This document shows positions 11,418 to 21,542 of a DNA stretch of 64,000 bases, piece after piece. The first letter of the stretch is position 1, and every line of letters starts with the position of its first letter. This DNA is from an uncultured Alphaproteobacteria bacterium (GTDB taxonomy: Bacteria; Pseudomonadota; Alphaproteobacteria; Sphingomonadales; Sphingomonadaceae). The DNA is taken from NCBI GenBank assembly GCA_963846485.1, contig CAWJWB010000007.1, forward strand, positions 59,644-123,643, written 5' to 3'. Under the pieces are notes generated by a model. That model was not told the origin of the DNA and searched no databases. It worked only from the letters and a program-made list of their open reading frames with translations. The position numbers and the translations under genes are program-made.

Positions 11418-12425
11418 ATGACCCTTCCCACGACCATGACGGCAATCGACCCTGCAGCTCCCGGCGGTCCGGAGGTGCTGGTGCCGGTCGAGCGGCCGAT
11501 ACCGCGGCCGGGTGCGGACGAGGTCCTGATCCGCGTCCATGCCGCCGGCGTCAACCGGCCCGACGTGCTGCAGCGCCTCGGCCGCTATCCGATGCCGCCG
11601 GGCGCGCCGACGATCATGGGGCTCGAGGTGGCGGGCGAGGTTGTCGCCGGCGCGGGCCGCTGGCAGGTGGGCGACCGCGTCTGCGCGCTCGTCGCGGGCG
11701 GTGGTTACGCCGAATATTGCGTCGCGCCCGCCGGCCAGTGCCTGCCGATCCCCGAGGGGCTCGACTTCGCCGCCGCCGCCGGCCTGCCCGAAACCTATTT
11801 CACCGTCTGGTCCAACCTGTTCATGCGCGCGCACCTGAAAGCGGGTGAGACGGCGCTCGTCCACGGCGGCACCAGCGGCATCGGCACGACCGCGATCCTG
11901 CTCGCGAAGGCATTCGGCGCGCAGGTCATCGTCACCGCCGGCAGCGCCGACAAGTGCGCCGCGGCGCGTGGCCTCGGGGCTGACCATGCGATCGACTACA
12001 AGGCGAGCGATTTCGTCGACAAGGTGGCGGGCTTCACCGCCGGGCGCGGTGTCGACGTCGTCCTCGACATGGTCGGCGGCGATTATCTGCCGCGCAACCT
12101 CAAGTGCCTTGCCGAGGAGGGGCGTCACGTCTCGATCGCCGTGCAGCGCGGGATCTCCGCCGAGCTCGACATTTCGCTGGTCATGCGCCGCCGTCTGACG
12201 CTGACGGGCTCGATGCTGCGCCCGCGCTCGGTCGCGTTCAAGACGGCGGTCGCGGCCGAGCTGGAGGCCACAGTCTGGCCGCTGTTCGCGCAGGGAAAGC
12301 TGCGCGCGGTCAGCGACATGACCTTCCCGCTGGCGGACGCCGCCGACGCCCACCGCCGGATGGAGGCGGGCGACCATGTCGGCAAGATCGTGCTCGAGGT
12401 CGTGCCGGCTCAGGTCACCGCCTGA
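11418..12425 (+). CDS. NAD(P)H-quinone oxidoreductase (PIG3 family)
   Basis: AGVNRPD, GLEVAG, HGGTSGIG, GKIVL. Confidence 0.9.
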   Translation: MTLPTTMTAIDPAAPGGPEVLVPVERPIPRPGADEVLIRVHAAGVNRPDVLQRLGRYPMPPGAPTIMGLEVAGEVVAGAGRWQVGDRVCALVAGGGYAEYCVAPAGQCLPIPEGLDFAAAAGLPETYFTVWSNLFMRAHLKAGETALVHGGTSGIGTTAILLAKAFGAQVIVTAGSADKCAAARGLGADHAIDYKASDFVDKVAGFTAGRGVDVVLDMVGGDYLPRNLKCLAEEGRHVSIAVQRGISAELDISLVMRRRLTLTGSMLRPRSVAFKTAVAAELEATVWPLFAQGKLRAVSDMTFPLADAADAHRRMEAGDHVGKIVLEVVPAQVTA

Positions 12426-13633
12426 CGCACTGCGAAGCGGGGTTCGCGCCAGGCCTCGGTCGCCAATACGTCGGCGAGGATTTCGACCGCGTCCCACACG
12501 TCGACGAAGCGCGTGTACAACGCCGGCAGCCCGAGGCGTAGCACGTCGGGCGGCCGGAAGTCGCCGACGACGCCGCGCGCGATCAGCGCCTGCCCGATCT
12601 CGTAGGCGTTCGGATGGGCGAGGCTGACCTGAGCCCCGCGGTGCTCGCGGGGGCAGGCGGCGGTCATTTCCGGGCAGCGCGCCGCCACCAGGTCGAGGAG
12701 CAGGTCGCCGAGCGCGGCCGACTTCGCCGCGGCAACGCTCATCTCGACGCCGTCAAAGGTCGCGACGCCGCCCGCCAGCGCCTGCAGCCCGAGGACACCC
12801 GAGGTGCCGGCGAGCAGCCGGGTGATGCCGGGCGCGGGGCGGTAGCCGGGTTCGAAGGCGAACGGCGCGGCGTGGCCGAACCAGCCGGTCAGCGGCTGGT
12901 CGAGGGCGGCGTGGTGGTCGCGCGCGACAAAGGCGAAAGCCGGTGCTCCCGGGCCGCCGTTCAGGAATTTGTAGCCGCACCCGGTGGCGAGATCAGCCCG
13001 GGCGGCGGCGAGGTCGACGGCGAGCGCGCCGGCGCTGTGGCTCAGGTCCCACCCCACCAGCGCGCCTGCCGCGTGGGCCGCCGCCGTCGTCGCCGCAAGG
13101 TCGCGCACCGCGCCGGTGCGGTAGTGCGTCTGCGTCAGCCACAGCAGCGCTGTGTCGCCGTCGAGGGCGGCGAGCGGATCGTCGGCGACGCGCAATGTCG
13201 CGCCCGTCAGCCGGCAGAGCCCGTCGAGGACATACGCATCGGTCGGGAAATCGCCGCTCGCCGTGACGATCGTCCGCCTGCCGGGCCGCAGCGCCAGGGC
13301 GGCGGCGGCGAGCTTGAAGACGTTGACCGACACGCTGTCGGTAACGATCACCTCGTCGGCGCGCGCGCCGACCAGCCGTGCGATCCGCCCGCCGACGCGC
13401 GCCGGCAGGTCGAGCCAGCCGCGGCCGTCGCCGGCGTCGTTCCAGCTGCCGATCAGCCGCTCGCCCCATTCGCGGGTGACCGTATCGGCGAGGCGCTGCG
13501 CCGTGCGTCGCGGCAGGGCGCCAAGCGAGTTGCCGTCGAGATAGATGACGTCCGCCGGCAGCGCGAAGCGTGCCCGGGCGAACGCAAGGCCGTCGTCGGC
13601 GTCGAGCGCCAGAGCGTCGGCGCGGGTCAGCAC
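12410..13633 (-). CDS. kynU: Kynureninase
   Basis: IYLDGNSLG, WDLSHSAG, GCGYKFLNGGPGAP, GDFRPPD; GTG start. Confidence 0.92.
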   Translation of the reverse strand: MLTRADALALDADDGLAFARARFALPADVIYLDGNSLGALPRRTAQRLADTVTREWGERLIGSWNDAGDGRGWLDLPARVGGRIARLVGARADEVIVTDSVSVNVFKLAAAALALRPGRRTIVTASGDFPTDAYVLDGLCRLTGATLRVADDPLAALDGDTALLWLTQTHYRTGAVRDLAATTAAAHAAGALVGWDLSHSAGALAVDLAAARADLATGCGYKFLNGGPGAPAFAFVARDHHAALDQPLTGWFGHAAPFAFEPGYRPAPGITRLLAGTSGVLGLQALAGGVATFDGVEMSVAAAKSAALGDLLLDLVAARCPEMTAACPREHRGAQVSLAHPNAYEIGQALIARGVVGDFRPPDVLRLGLPALYTRFVDVWDAVEILADVLATEAWREPRFAVRQAVT

Positions 13634-14022
13634 AGGCCGACGCAAGCGATGGCGGCGACGGCGAGCAGCTTGACCAGCCAGCCGGCGGTGTGGGCGGCGA
13701 CGACGGCGGGATCGAGCTTGATGAAGACGCCGTTGACGATCGTCGCCGGGGCGGCGGCAACGATCCAAACCAGGGTCGCCGCGAGCAGCGCCGCCGCCAT
13801 CGTCTGCTGCCGGAGCGAGGCGACGAGCGCAATCATGCCGATGACCGTCGGCACCGTCAGCGCCTGCGCGGCGACAATGCCGCGCGTGTTGCGCCCCGGC
13901 GTCCGCCACACCTCCGGGTGCCGCAGGTAGCGATCGTGGAACAGCACGCCCGCGAACAGCCAGTCGATCAGGCTCGCGGCGACCAGCCCGGCCGCGAGCG
14001 CCGCCCACAAGTGCCACGTCAT
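13627..14022 (-). CDS. Small 4-TM membrane protein (DUF1761-like)
   Basis: Four hydrophobic segments; overlaps the kynU start. Confidence 0.65.
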   Translation of the reverse strand: MTWHLWAALAAGLVAASLIDWLFAGVLFHDRYLRHPEVWRTPGRNTRGIVAAQALTVPTVIGMIALVASLRQQTMAAALLAATLVWIVAAAPATIVNGVFIKLDPAVVAAHTAGWLVKLLAVAAIACVGLC

Positions 14023-14078
14023 GGCTTTGTTCCCCCCGCTTGATCGTGCCTGCCGTCTCGCCTACATCAAATCGTCAC

Positions 14079-14108
14079 AGCCGTCCCGCGAGGGGCGGCT
14101 CTTTCTTT
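14079..14108 (+). promoter_or_regulatory. Leader hairpin with U-rich tail upstream of trcR
   Basis: AGCCGTCCC-GCGA-GGGGCGGCT followed by CTTTCTTT. Confidence 0.5.
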
Positions 14109-14124
14109 ATCCGAAGGCCGTTCC

Positions 14125-14814
14125 ATGAGCGCACCGACCACTCCCCTGATGCCGCACGCGACCGCCGCCTGGCTGGTCGACAACACCGGCCTGACCTTCG
14201 AGCAGATCGCCGTGTTCTGCGGCCTCCATATTCTCGAGGTTCAGGCGATCGCCGACGATACCGCCGCGACCAAGCTGACCGGGCGCGACCCGATCCGCTC
14301 GGGCGAGCTGACCCAGGCCGAGATCGACCGCTGCGTCGCCGATCCCAACGCGCGCCTCCGCCTCGAGAAGCAGCCCGAGCAGGACCGCCGCACCAAGGGC
14401 CCGCGCTACACCCCGGTCAGCCTGCGCCAGGACAAGCCCGACGGCATCGCCTGGATCGTCCGCAACCATCCCGAAGTGACCGACAACCAGATCGCCAAGC
14501 TGATCGGCACGACCAAGACGACGATCGCCGCGATCCGCGACAAGAGCCATTGGAACATGGCCAACATCAGCCCCAAGGACCCGGTCACGCTCGGCCTCTG
14601 CCCGCAGCGCGAGCTCGATGCGCTCGTCACCGCGGCGGCGAAGAAGGCCGGGGTCGACACCAGCATCGATGACGGCAAGATCGTCAGCGAGCGCGCCCAG
14701 CTGATCGAGCAGCTCCATGCCGAGCGCGTCGCGGCCGCCCATCTCGCCGAGCACGGGCCGGCGCCCGAGGTCGGCACGGCCCAGCAGCAGGGCGATGCGC
14801 TGTTCCGCCGCTGA
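14125..14814 (+). CDS. trcR: DUF1013 / cell-cycle transcription regulator TrcR
   Basis: PLMPHATAAWLVDNT, GPRYTPVS.RQDKPD, HWN, PKDPVTLGLC. Confidence 0.9.
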   Translation: MSAPTTPLMPHATAAWLVDNTGLTFEQIAVFCGLHILEVQAIADDTAATKLTGRDPIRSGELTQAEIDRCVADPNARLRLEKQPEQDRRTKGPRYTPVSLRQDKPDGIAWIVRNHPEVTDNQIAKLIGTTKTTIAAIRDKSHWNMANISPKDPVTLGLCPQRELDALVTAAAKKAGVDTSIDDGKIVSERAQLIEQLHAERVAAAHLAEHGPAPEVGTAQQQGDALFRR

Positions 14815-14959
14815 CGCACGGCGGGCGCTGCTCCGCCGCTGACGCGGGCGCGGGTCCGTCGCCGAGCCGCGGACGGCCTTTGACCCGCTGCCGGCACGTC
14901 GGGTGACACCCAGTGCCCGGCTTGACCCTCACCCGCCGTCCGTTCACAACCGCGCCGTG

Positions 14960-15196
14960 ATGGAATCCGAAGACCCCGCCAGCTTCGAGGTCGCGCTCGC
15001 CCGGCTGGAGAAGATCGTGCACCGGCTCGAGGCGGGCGACGCCACGCTCGAGGAGTCGATCGATCTTTACACCGAGGGGCAGCGGCTCAAGGCCTTTTGC
15101 GATGCCAAGCTTGCCGGCGCGACGGCGCGGATCGAGGCGATCGTCGTCGGGCAGGATAGTCGCGCCGCCGGAGTGACCCCCTTTGATGCGAGCTGA
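14960..15196 (+). CDS. xseB: Exodeoxyribonuclease VII small subunit
   Basis: SFEVALARLEKIVHRLEAGDATLEESIDLY; precedes ispA. Confidence 0.92.
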   Translation: MESEDPASFEVALARLEKIVHRLEAGDATLEESIDLYTEGQRLKAFCDAKLAGATARIEAIVVGQDSRAAGVTPFDAS

Positions 15197-16100
15197 GGCG
15201 AGCGTGCAGCCTTCGAACAGCCTGAAGCCGGCGCTGGACGCCATCGGCACGGCGATGGACCAGCGCTTCGACCGGCTGCTGCCGGTCCCGGCCGACGGTC
15301 GCGAGCGGCTGTTCGCCGGCATGCGGCACGCGGTCATCGGCGGCGGCAAGCGGATGCGGCCGCTGCTCGTCGTCGCATCCTGCGACCTGTTCCACGTCGA
15401 CCGTGAGCGGGCGCTGCGGGTCGCGCTCGCGATCGAGTGCGTCCACTGCTATTCGCTGATCCACGACGACCTGCCGTGCATGGACGACGACGACCTCCGC
15501 CGCGGTAAGCCGACCGTCCACAAGGCGTTCGACGAGGCGACGGCGGTGCTGGCGGGCGATTCGCTCCACGCGCTCGCCTTCGAGATCCTGGCCGATCCCG
15601 CGACGCACGGCGATCCCGCGGCGCGGGCCGAACTCGTCCTCGAGCTTGCCCGGTCGAGCGGGCCGTCGGGCATGGCGGGCGGGCAGATGATGGACATCGC
15701 CGCGACCGAGCGCGACTTCGACCTGTCGGCGACGACGCGGCTGCAGCAGCTGAAAACCGGCGCGCTGATCGGCTTCTGCCTCGAGGCGGGCGCGATCATG
15801 GCGCGCGTGCCGGAGCAGGGACGGACGCCGCTACGCGGTTACGCCCGTGACCTCGGCCTTGCTTTCCAGATCGCCGACGATCTGCTCGACGTCGAGGGCT
15901 CGTCGGCCAAGACCGGCAAGGCGGTCGGCAAGGACGCGGCGGCGGGCAAGGCGACCTTCGTCTCGCTTCTTGGAGTCGAGCGTGCGCGGACCCAGGCGGC
16001 GATGCTGATCGATCAGGCGATCGACCACCTCCATGGCTTCGGCGCCGAAGCCGACCTGCTCCGCGCCATCGCCCGCTTCGCCATCGAACGCGAATTCTGA
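15183..16100 (+). CDS. ispA: Farnesyl diphosphate synthase / geranyltranstransferase
   Basis: GGKRMRP, SLIHDDLPCMDDDDLRRG, FQIADD; start may be GTG 15204. Confidence 0.92.
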   Translation: MMRAEASVQPSNSLKPALDAIGTAMDQRFDRLLPVPADGRERLFAGMRHAVIGGGKRMRPLLVVASCDLFHVDRERALRVALAIECVHCYSLIHDDLPCMDDDDLRRGKPTVHKAFDEATAVLAGDSLHALAFEILADPATHGDPAARAELVLELARSSGPSGMAGGQMMDIAATERDFDLSATTRLQQLKTGALIGFCLEAGAIMARVPEQGRTPLRGYARDLGLAFQIADDLLDVEGSSAKTGKAVGKDAAAGKATFVSLLGVERARTQAAMLIDQAIDHLHGFGAEADLLRAIARFAIEREF

Positions 16101-16102
16101 GG

Positions 16103-16594
16103 GTGCGCGTCGGGGTCTATCCGGGCACGTTCGATCCCGTCACGCTCGGGCACATGGACATCATCCGGCGCGGCGCGAAGCTGGTGGACAAGCTGATCAT
16201 CGGCGTCTCGACCAACCCGTCCAAGTCGCCGATGTTCACGCTCGACGAGCGGGTCGCCATGGTCCGGCGCGAGACGGACGACCTGGGCGACGCGGTCGGC
16301 GTCGTGCCGTTCGACGCGCTGCTGATGAAGTTCGCGGAGGCGCAGAACGCGCAGATCATCGTCCGCGGGCTGCGCGCCGTGTCCGATTTCGAGTACGAAT
16401 ACCAGATGGCCGGCATGAACCAGCAGCTGAACTCGCGGATCGAGACGGTCTTCCTGATGGCCGACGTCGCGCTGCAGCCGATCGCCTCCAAGCTGGTCAA
16501 GGAGATCGCCCTCTACGACGGCGATATCCGCAAGTTCGTCACGCCGCGCATCGCCGCGGACGTCGTTGCCCGCATCGCCGAGCGGCGGCGCTGA
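16103..16594 (+). CDS. coaD: Phosphopantetheine adenylyltransferase
   Basis: YPGTFDPVTLGH, RGLRAVSDFEYE. Confidence 0.96.
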   Translation: MRVGVYPGTFDPVTLGHMDIIRRGAKLVDKLIIGVSTNPSKSPMFTLDERVAMVRRETDDLGDAVGVVPFDALLMKFAEAQNAQIIVRGLRAVSDFEYEYQMAGMNQQLNSRIETVFLMADVALQPIASKLVKEIALYDGDIRKFVTPRIAADVVARIAERRR

Positions 16595-16658
16595 CGTTCA
16601 CCATGGCGACAGCGGCAGCCGGCTAGGGCCGCGGGGGATCTTGGACTTGGGAACGGTC

Positions 16659-17360
16659 ATGCGGACGTGGTTGGCGGCTCTGGCGGCACTGGTGCTCGGC
16701 AGCGGCGCGGCGGCACAGGTCGCCGCGCCGCCGCCGGCGCCGCCGCTGACGCCGGAGAACACGCTGCTGCTCGACCTGTCGACCGGCGGGCGGGTGACGA
16801 TCGCCATGCGCCCCGACGTTGCGCCCAAGCACGTCGAGCGGATCAAGACCCTGACCCGCCAGCATTTCTACGACGGCACCATCTTCCACCGGGTCATCGA
16901 CGGCTTCATGGCGCAGGGCGGCGATCCGACGGGCACGGGCACTGGCGGATCGAAGCTGCCCGACCTCAAGGCCGAGTTCAACGACCTGCCCCACGTCCGC
17001 GGAGCGGTTGCCATGGCGCGCGCCGGCGAGGTCGATTCGGCCAACAGCCAGTTCTACATCGTGCTGTCGCCGACGCTGAAGCTCGACCGGAACTATACGG
17101 TGTGGGGCCGGGTGATCAGCGGCATGGAATATGTCGATGCGATCGAAAAGGGCGAGCCGCCGGCCAATCCGTCGAAGATCGTCCAGGCGTCGATCGCCGC
17201 CGACCACGTACCGCCGCCGCCGCCGGCTGCGGTGCTGCCGGGGGTGACGAGCGCGCCGGGGATGGCGACGGCACCGGGGGTGGCGGCGGCACCCGTGCCG
17301 GCCGCCGCGCCGGCCGCTCCTTCGGCTCCGGCACAGCCCGCGGTGCCGCCATCCCGTTGA
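16659..17360 (+). CDS. Periplasmic cyclophilin-type peptidyl-prolyl isomerase
   Basis: Signal peptide, [25 protein letters not shown]; Pro/Ala-rich tail. Confidence 0.92.
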   Translation: MRTWLAALAALVLGSGAAAQVAAPPPAPPLTPENTLLLDLSTGGRVTIAMRPDVAPKHVERIKTLTRQHFYDGTIFHRVIDGFMAQGGDPTGTGTGGSKLPDLKAEFNDLPHVRGAVAMARAGEVDSANSQFYIVLSPTLKLDRNYTVWGRVISGMEYVDAIEKGEPPANPSKIVQASIAADHVPPPPPAAVLPGVTSAPGMATAPGVAAAPVPAAAPAAPSAPAQPAVPPSR

Positions 17361-17376
17361 CCTCGGCCTGACGGCG

Positions 17377-18399
17377 ATGCGCGTCGCCGATTTCGACTTC
17401 GACCTGCCGCCCGAGCGTATCGCCCTGCGCCCGGCGGTCCCGCGCGACGCCGCGCGCCTGCTCGTCGTCAGACCGGACGGGCTCGAGGACGGCGTCATGC
17501 GCGACCTGCCTGCGGTGCTGCGCGCAGGCGACGTGCTGGTGTTCAACGACACCCGCGTCATCCCGGCGCAGCTGTCGGGCCACAAGTACGACGCCAAGAT
17601 CCGGGTGACGCTGCACCAGCGCGCCGGCAACCGCGACTGGTGGAGCTTCGTCAAGAACGCCAAGCGGCTGAAGGTCGGCGATCGCATCGACTTCGGCGGC
17701 GGCCTGTCCGGCGTCGTCATGGCGAAGGGGGACGACGGCAGCGTCCGCTGGCACTTCGACAGCGCGCTGCCGTTCGACGAGGCGCTGGCCGCGGCCGGGC
17801 AGATGCCGCTGCCGCCGTACATCAGCTCGAAGCGCGCGGTCGATGCACAGGACCTCAGCGACTACCAGACCGTCTATGCCGACAAGCCCGGCGCCGTCGC
17901 CGCGCCGACCGCCGGGCTTCACTTCACCCCCGGCCTGCTCGCGGCGTTGGACGCAGCCGGCGTGCAGCGCGAGACGGTAACGCTGCATGTCGGTGCGGGC
18001 ACCTTCCTGCCGGTCAAGGCCGAGGACACCGAAGACCACCGGATGCACGCCGAATGGGGCAGCATCGACGCCGCCACCGCCGCGCGCATCGCCGCCGCCA
18101 AGGCGGCAGGGCGGCGGGTCATCGCGGTCGGCACGACCAGCCTCCGGCTGCTCGAAAGCGCGTGGAGCCCCGACTGGCCGCAGGCGTGGAGCGGCGACAC
18201 GCGCCTGTTCATCACCCCGGGCTTCCGCTTCGCGCTGGTCGACGGGCTGCTGACCAACTTCCATCTGCCGAGATCGACGCTGTTCATGCTGGTCAGCGCG
18301 CTCATGGGCCTGGAGCGGATGCGCGCCGCCTATGCCCATGCGGTGGCGGCGGAGTACCGCTTCTACAGCTACGGCGACGCGAGCCTGCTGCTGCCCTGA
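17377..18399 (+). CDS. queA: SAM:tRNA ribosyltransferase-isomerase
   Basis: [38 protein letters not shown]. Confidence 0.96.
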   Translation: MRVADFDFDLPPERIALRPAVPRDAARLLVVRPDGLEDGVMRDLPAVLRAGDVLVFNDTRVIPAQLSGHKYDAKIRVTLHQRAGNRDWWSFVKNAKRLKVGDRIDFGGGLSGVVMAKGDDGSVRWHFDSALPFDEALAAAGQMPLPPYISSKRAVDAQDLSDYQTVYADKPGAVAAPTAGLHFTPGLLAALDAAGVQRETVTLHVGAGTFLPVKAEDTEDHRMHAEWGSIDAATAARIAAAKAAGRRVIAVGTTSLRLLESAWSPDWPQAWSGDTRLFITPGFRFALVDGLLTNFHLPRSTLFMLVSALMGLERMRAAYAHAVAAEYRFYSYGDASLLLP

Positions 18400-18561
18400 A
18401 GGCGAGGGCGGTCGATCGCCCGGGGCGCAATCCGCGGCATTCGGCCGCCGATCCTCGCTCGTCTCGCGCGCCGTTCTTCAATCGCCGCGTCCGGTCGGCT
18501 ATGAAGCGAGTCCACCGTTCTGCTGACGTAGCAACGGCCAACGGCGGAGCAGGAGAGGGCG

Positions 18562-19506
18562 ATGGCGCCGACGACCGAGGCTTGGGGCATCCGCGACTAT
18601 GGCGCCGTCGAGTCCCTGGAACTCCTGGAGCTACCGCTGCGCGACCCGGCCGCGGGTGAGGTCCTGATCGACGTCGAGGCGATGGCCCTGAACCCGCTCG
18701 ACCTGAAGATCATCACCGGCCAGATGAAGGACATGATGCCGGCGGCGATGCCGTTCGTCCCCGGCAGCGACGTCGTCGGCACCGTCGCCGCGACCGGCGA
18801 GGGAGCGACGGTCGGCGCCGGCCAGCGGATCGTCGCGAGTACGTGGAACGGCGGGCTCGCGCGGCGCGCCGTGCTGCCCGCGGGCGCGCACGTCGTCGCC
18901 GTGCCCGCCGCAGCCGACGTCGCGGCGCTCGCCGCGCTGCCGATGGCCGGGCTGACGGCGCTCAACATCCTGCGCGGGCTCGGCGACGTTGGCGGCCGGA
19001 CGCTGGCCGTGCTCGGCGCGACCGGCGGCGTCGGGCTGGCGCTGCTCCAGCTCGCGTCCGCCGCGGGCGCACACGTGATTGCCTCGGCGCACGGCGAGGA
19101 CGTCGAGCGTGTCACCCAGAACGGCGCGCACGAGACGGTCGACTACAAGCAGGTCGAGTTTGCCGCGGAGCTCCGGCGGCGCTACCCGGCCGGCGTCGAT
19201 CTGCTCGTCGACCTCGTGTCGATGCACGACGACCTGCTCGCGAGCGCGACCGCGGTGCGCGACGGCGGCGTGCTGCTTTCGACGCTGTTCGGGCCTGACG
19301 AGGCGGCGTTCGGCGGGCGCATCGCCGTCGTCTACAGCCGGCTGAAGGCCGAGCGCGGCGATCTCGAGCGGATCGTGGCGATGTACCTCGACGGCCGGTT
19401 CCGGGCGAACGTGGGTGCTACCTTCGCATTCGACCAAGGGCGCGAGGCCTGCCTTGCGCTGCGCGACAGGCACGTCAGCGGGAAGATCGTGGTCACGGTG
19501 TCCTGA
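18562..19506 (+). CDS. NADP-dependent oxidoreductase (MDR / quinone reductase-like)
   Basis: LNPLD, PGSDVVG, GATGGVG, GKIVV. Confidence 0.88.
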   Translation: MAPTTEAWGIRDYGAVESLELLELPLRDPAAGEVLIDVEAMALNPLDLKIITGQMKDMMPAAMPFVPGSDVVGTVAATGEGATVGAGQRIVASTWNGGLARRAVLPAGAHVVAVPAAADVAALAALPMAGLTALNILRGLGDVGGRTLAVLGATGGVGLALLQLASAAGAHVIASAHGEDVERVTQNGAHETVDYKQVEFAAELRRRYPAGVDLLVDLVSMHDDLLASATAVRDGGVLLSTLFGPDEAAFGGRIAVVYSRLKAERGDLERIVAMYLDGRFRANVGATFAFDQGREACLALRDRHVSGKIVVTVS

Positions 19507-19536
19507 CGCGCAGACGCACCCGTTGCGAGCCTGTCT

Positions 19537-20502
19537 TCAGCGGGCGTTCGCTGCCGACCGCATCGGCGGCCGGAACACGCCGCGCCGCCAGATGGCGTCG
19601 TCGGGCTCCTCGGGATCGGGCCGGGCGAACGTCAGATAGCCGAAGAACGACGCGATCAGACGGCCGTCGTCGGGCACTACTGCCTCGCGCCCGTGCATGA
19701 AGCGGGTGTTGTCGAGCATCAGGAGGTCCCCCGGCCGCCAGCGGACCGGGACCGTCACGCCCTCGCCCGCGACCCGCACCGCCTCGACGAGCGCGTCGGG
19801 CACCGGCGTCAGGTCGTCGAACAGCGGGAAGTCGCGGCGACCGAGATAATATCGCGCGAACAGCAGGAAGTTGCCGAAGGCGGGCTGCTCGCTGAACATC
19901 GGTCGGTGCAGCGCCGGGCGGCTGAAGCTGCGCACCAGCTGCCCGCCGAGGCGCGGGAAGCTGTACGGGCATCCCGCAGGCGGCGCGGCCAGCGTCGCGG
20001 CATCCGGTGTCGGCGTGCCCAGCCAGAAGGCGAGGATCTCGGGCGGCGCGGGCATGACATAGCGCAGCCGCCGCCCCGCCAGCGCCGCGCGCGCCGCCGG
20101 AGGGAGCGCCTCGACGATCGCACAGCCGTCGGCGATCGTTGTCGCCCCCAGCGCCCGCGGCGGCGTCAGGCAGGCGAAGAAGGCGATGTCGGGCTTCCAC
20201 GGCTCGCGCGACAGCTCGGGGTGGAGCGGGAAGGGGTCGCCGCCCCCGTTGACCGTCTGGATGTTCGCGTCCGCGTCGAGCACGCCGCGGTCGGGGCTCT
20301 CGTTGAACACCGAGCCCGAGCAGAACTGCGCGGTGAAGGCGCGGAAGGCGGGAAGGTCGGTGGCGAAGCCGCGCAGCAGCAGGGCACCGTGCGTCGTGTA
20401 GAGGCCGGTCACCGTCGCCGGGTCGAGGTCGAGCGGGCTCGCCTCGTGCGTCGCGGTGACGACGGCGTGCGGCTGGCCGGGGCGGGGGAGCGAGACCTCC
20501 AT
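19537..20502 (-). CDS. TauD/TfdA-family Fe(II)/2-oxoglutarate dioxygenase
   Basis: GALLLRGF, LHPE metal motif, W.PGDLLMLDNTRFMHGR. Confidence 0.85.
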   Translation of the reverse strand: MEVSLPRPGQPHAVVTATHEASPLDLDPATVTGLYTTHGALLLRGFATDLPAFRAFTAQFCSGSVFNESPDRGVLDADANIQTVNGGGDPFPLHPELSREPWKPDIAFFACLTPPRALGATTIADGCAIVEALPPAARAALAGRRLRYVMPAPPEILAFWLGTPTPDAATLAAPPAGCPYSFPRLGGQLVRSFSRPALHRPMFSEQPAFGNFLLFARYYLGRRDFPLFDDLTPVPDALVEAVRVAGEGVTVPVRWRPGDLLMLDNTRFMHGREAVVPDDGRLIASFFGYLTFARPDPEEPDDAIWRRGVFRPPMRSAANAR

Positions 20503-20547
20503 GGCCCCGTGAATAGCGCCGCCGGCCCGTGCGGACTATAGCCGGGC

Positions 20548-21510
20548 ATGGACCTCGCCTCGCCCGACCGCCACCTCTACGCCTTCGACGGGGACGCGGC
20601 GGTGATCGTGCCGATGGACCGCGCCGCCTACCGCCGGTCGATTTTCCTCGACGACAGGATCATGCCTGCGCCGGGAGCGGCGGAGCGGCTGCCGTTTACC
20701 GCGCTGCGTCCGCCACGGGGACGGGGGCCGGCGTGGATCTTCCACGTCGCCCACTGCGGCTCGACCCTGCTCGCCCGCGCCCTCGACGGCGAGGGACAGG
20801 AGGTCGTGCTGCGCGAGCCGCTGGCGCTGCGCCAGCTCGGGGTTGCCGCGGCGCAGGGGATCGACGTGCGCGCGGGCGTGGCGCTCGCGACCGGGCTGTA
20901 CGGCCGGGGCTACGGCACGGGGGCACGGGCGCTGGTCAAGGCCAATGTGCCGGTCAACATGATCCTCAACGACCTGCTCGCCACCGACCCTGAGGCGCCG
21001 GCAATCCTGCTCCACTTCGGTCTCGAGGACTATCTAGCCGCCGTGCTGCGCAGCCCCGGACACCGCGCCTGGGTCGGAAGGGTGACGGCGGAACTGCGTC
21101 CCGGCCTCGAGCCTCTGTCTGGACCGATGCCGCCGGGCGAGGCCGAGCGCGCCGCGTGGCTGTGGCAGGCGCAGACCCGCGCCTTCGCCGACGCACTTGC
21201 GCGGTTCCCCGCCGTCCGCAGCCTCGACGCCGCCGACCTGTTCGCCCGACCAGCCGAGGCGATCGCTGCCGCCGCCGCCCACCTCGACCGGCCGATGCGC
21301 GACGAAGCGGTAAGGGCGACCGTCGCCGGCCCGCTGTTCGCCACCTACTCCAAGCAGCCCGGTGTCGCCTTCGACGAGGCCGCGCGCCGCGCCCGTGTCG
21401 CCGAGACGCGCGCTGCCCTGGCCCCAGAGATCGCGGCGGCGCAGGCGTGGCTGGCGGCACGTCCTGGTCCGGCGGTACCGACGCAGCTCCAGCGGAGCCT
21501 GCTCGCCTAG
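20548..21510 (+). CDS. Hypothetical protein, sulfotransferase-like fold
   Basis: IFHVAHCGSTLL resembles the 5'-PSB loop; LREP and LVK motifs. Confidence 0.6.
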   Translation: MDLASPDRHLYAFDGDAAVIVPMDRAAYRRSIFLDDRIMPAPGAAERLPFTALRPPRGRGPAWIFHVAHCGSTLLARALDGEGQEVVLREPLALRQLGVAAAQGIDVRAGVALATGLYGRGYGTGARALVKANVPVNMILNDLLATDPEAPAILLHFGLEDYLAAVLRSPGHRAWVGRVTAELRPGLEPLSGPMPPGEAERAAWLWQAQTRAFADALARFPAVRSLDAADLFARPAEAIAAAAAHLDRPMRDEAVRATVAGPLFATYSKQPGVAFDEAARRARVAETRAALAPEIAAAQAWLAARPGPAVPTQLQRSLLA

Positions 21511-21542
21511 CGTCCAACGCGCAGACGGGGCACCGAGGGCGG

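Noticed and set aside
17210-17360. Repetitive GCC/CCG-rich tract
   Set aside because: Encodes the Pro/Ala-rich tail of the cyclophilin; not a DNA repeat element.
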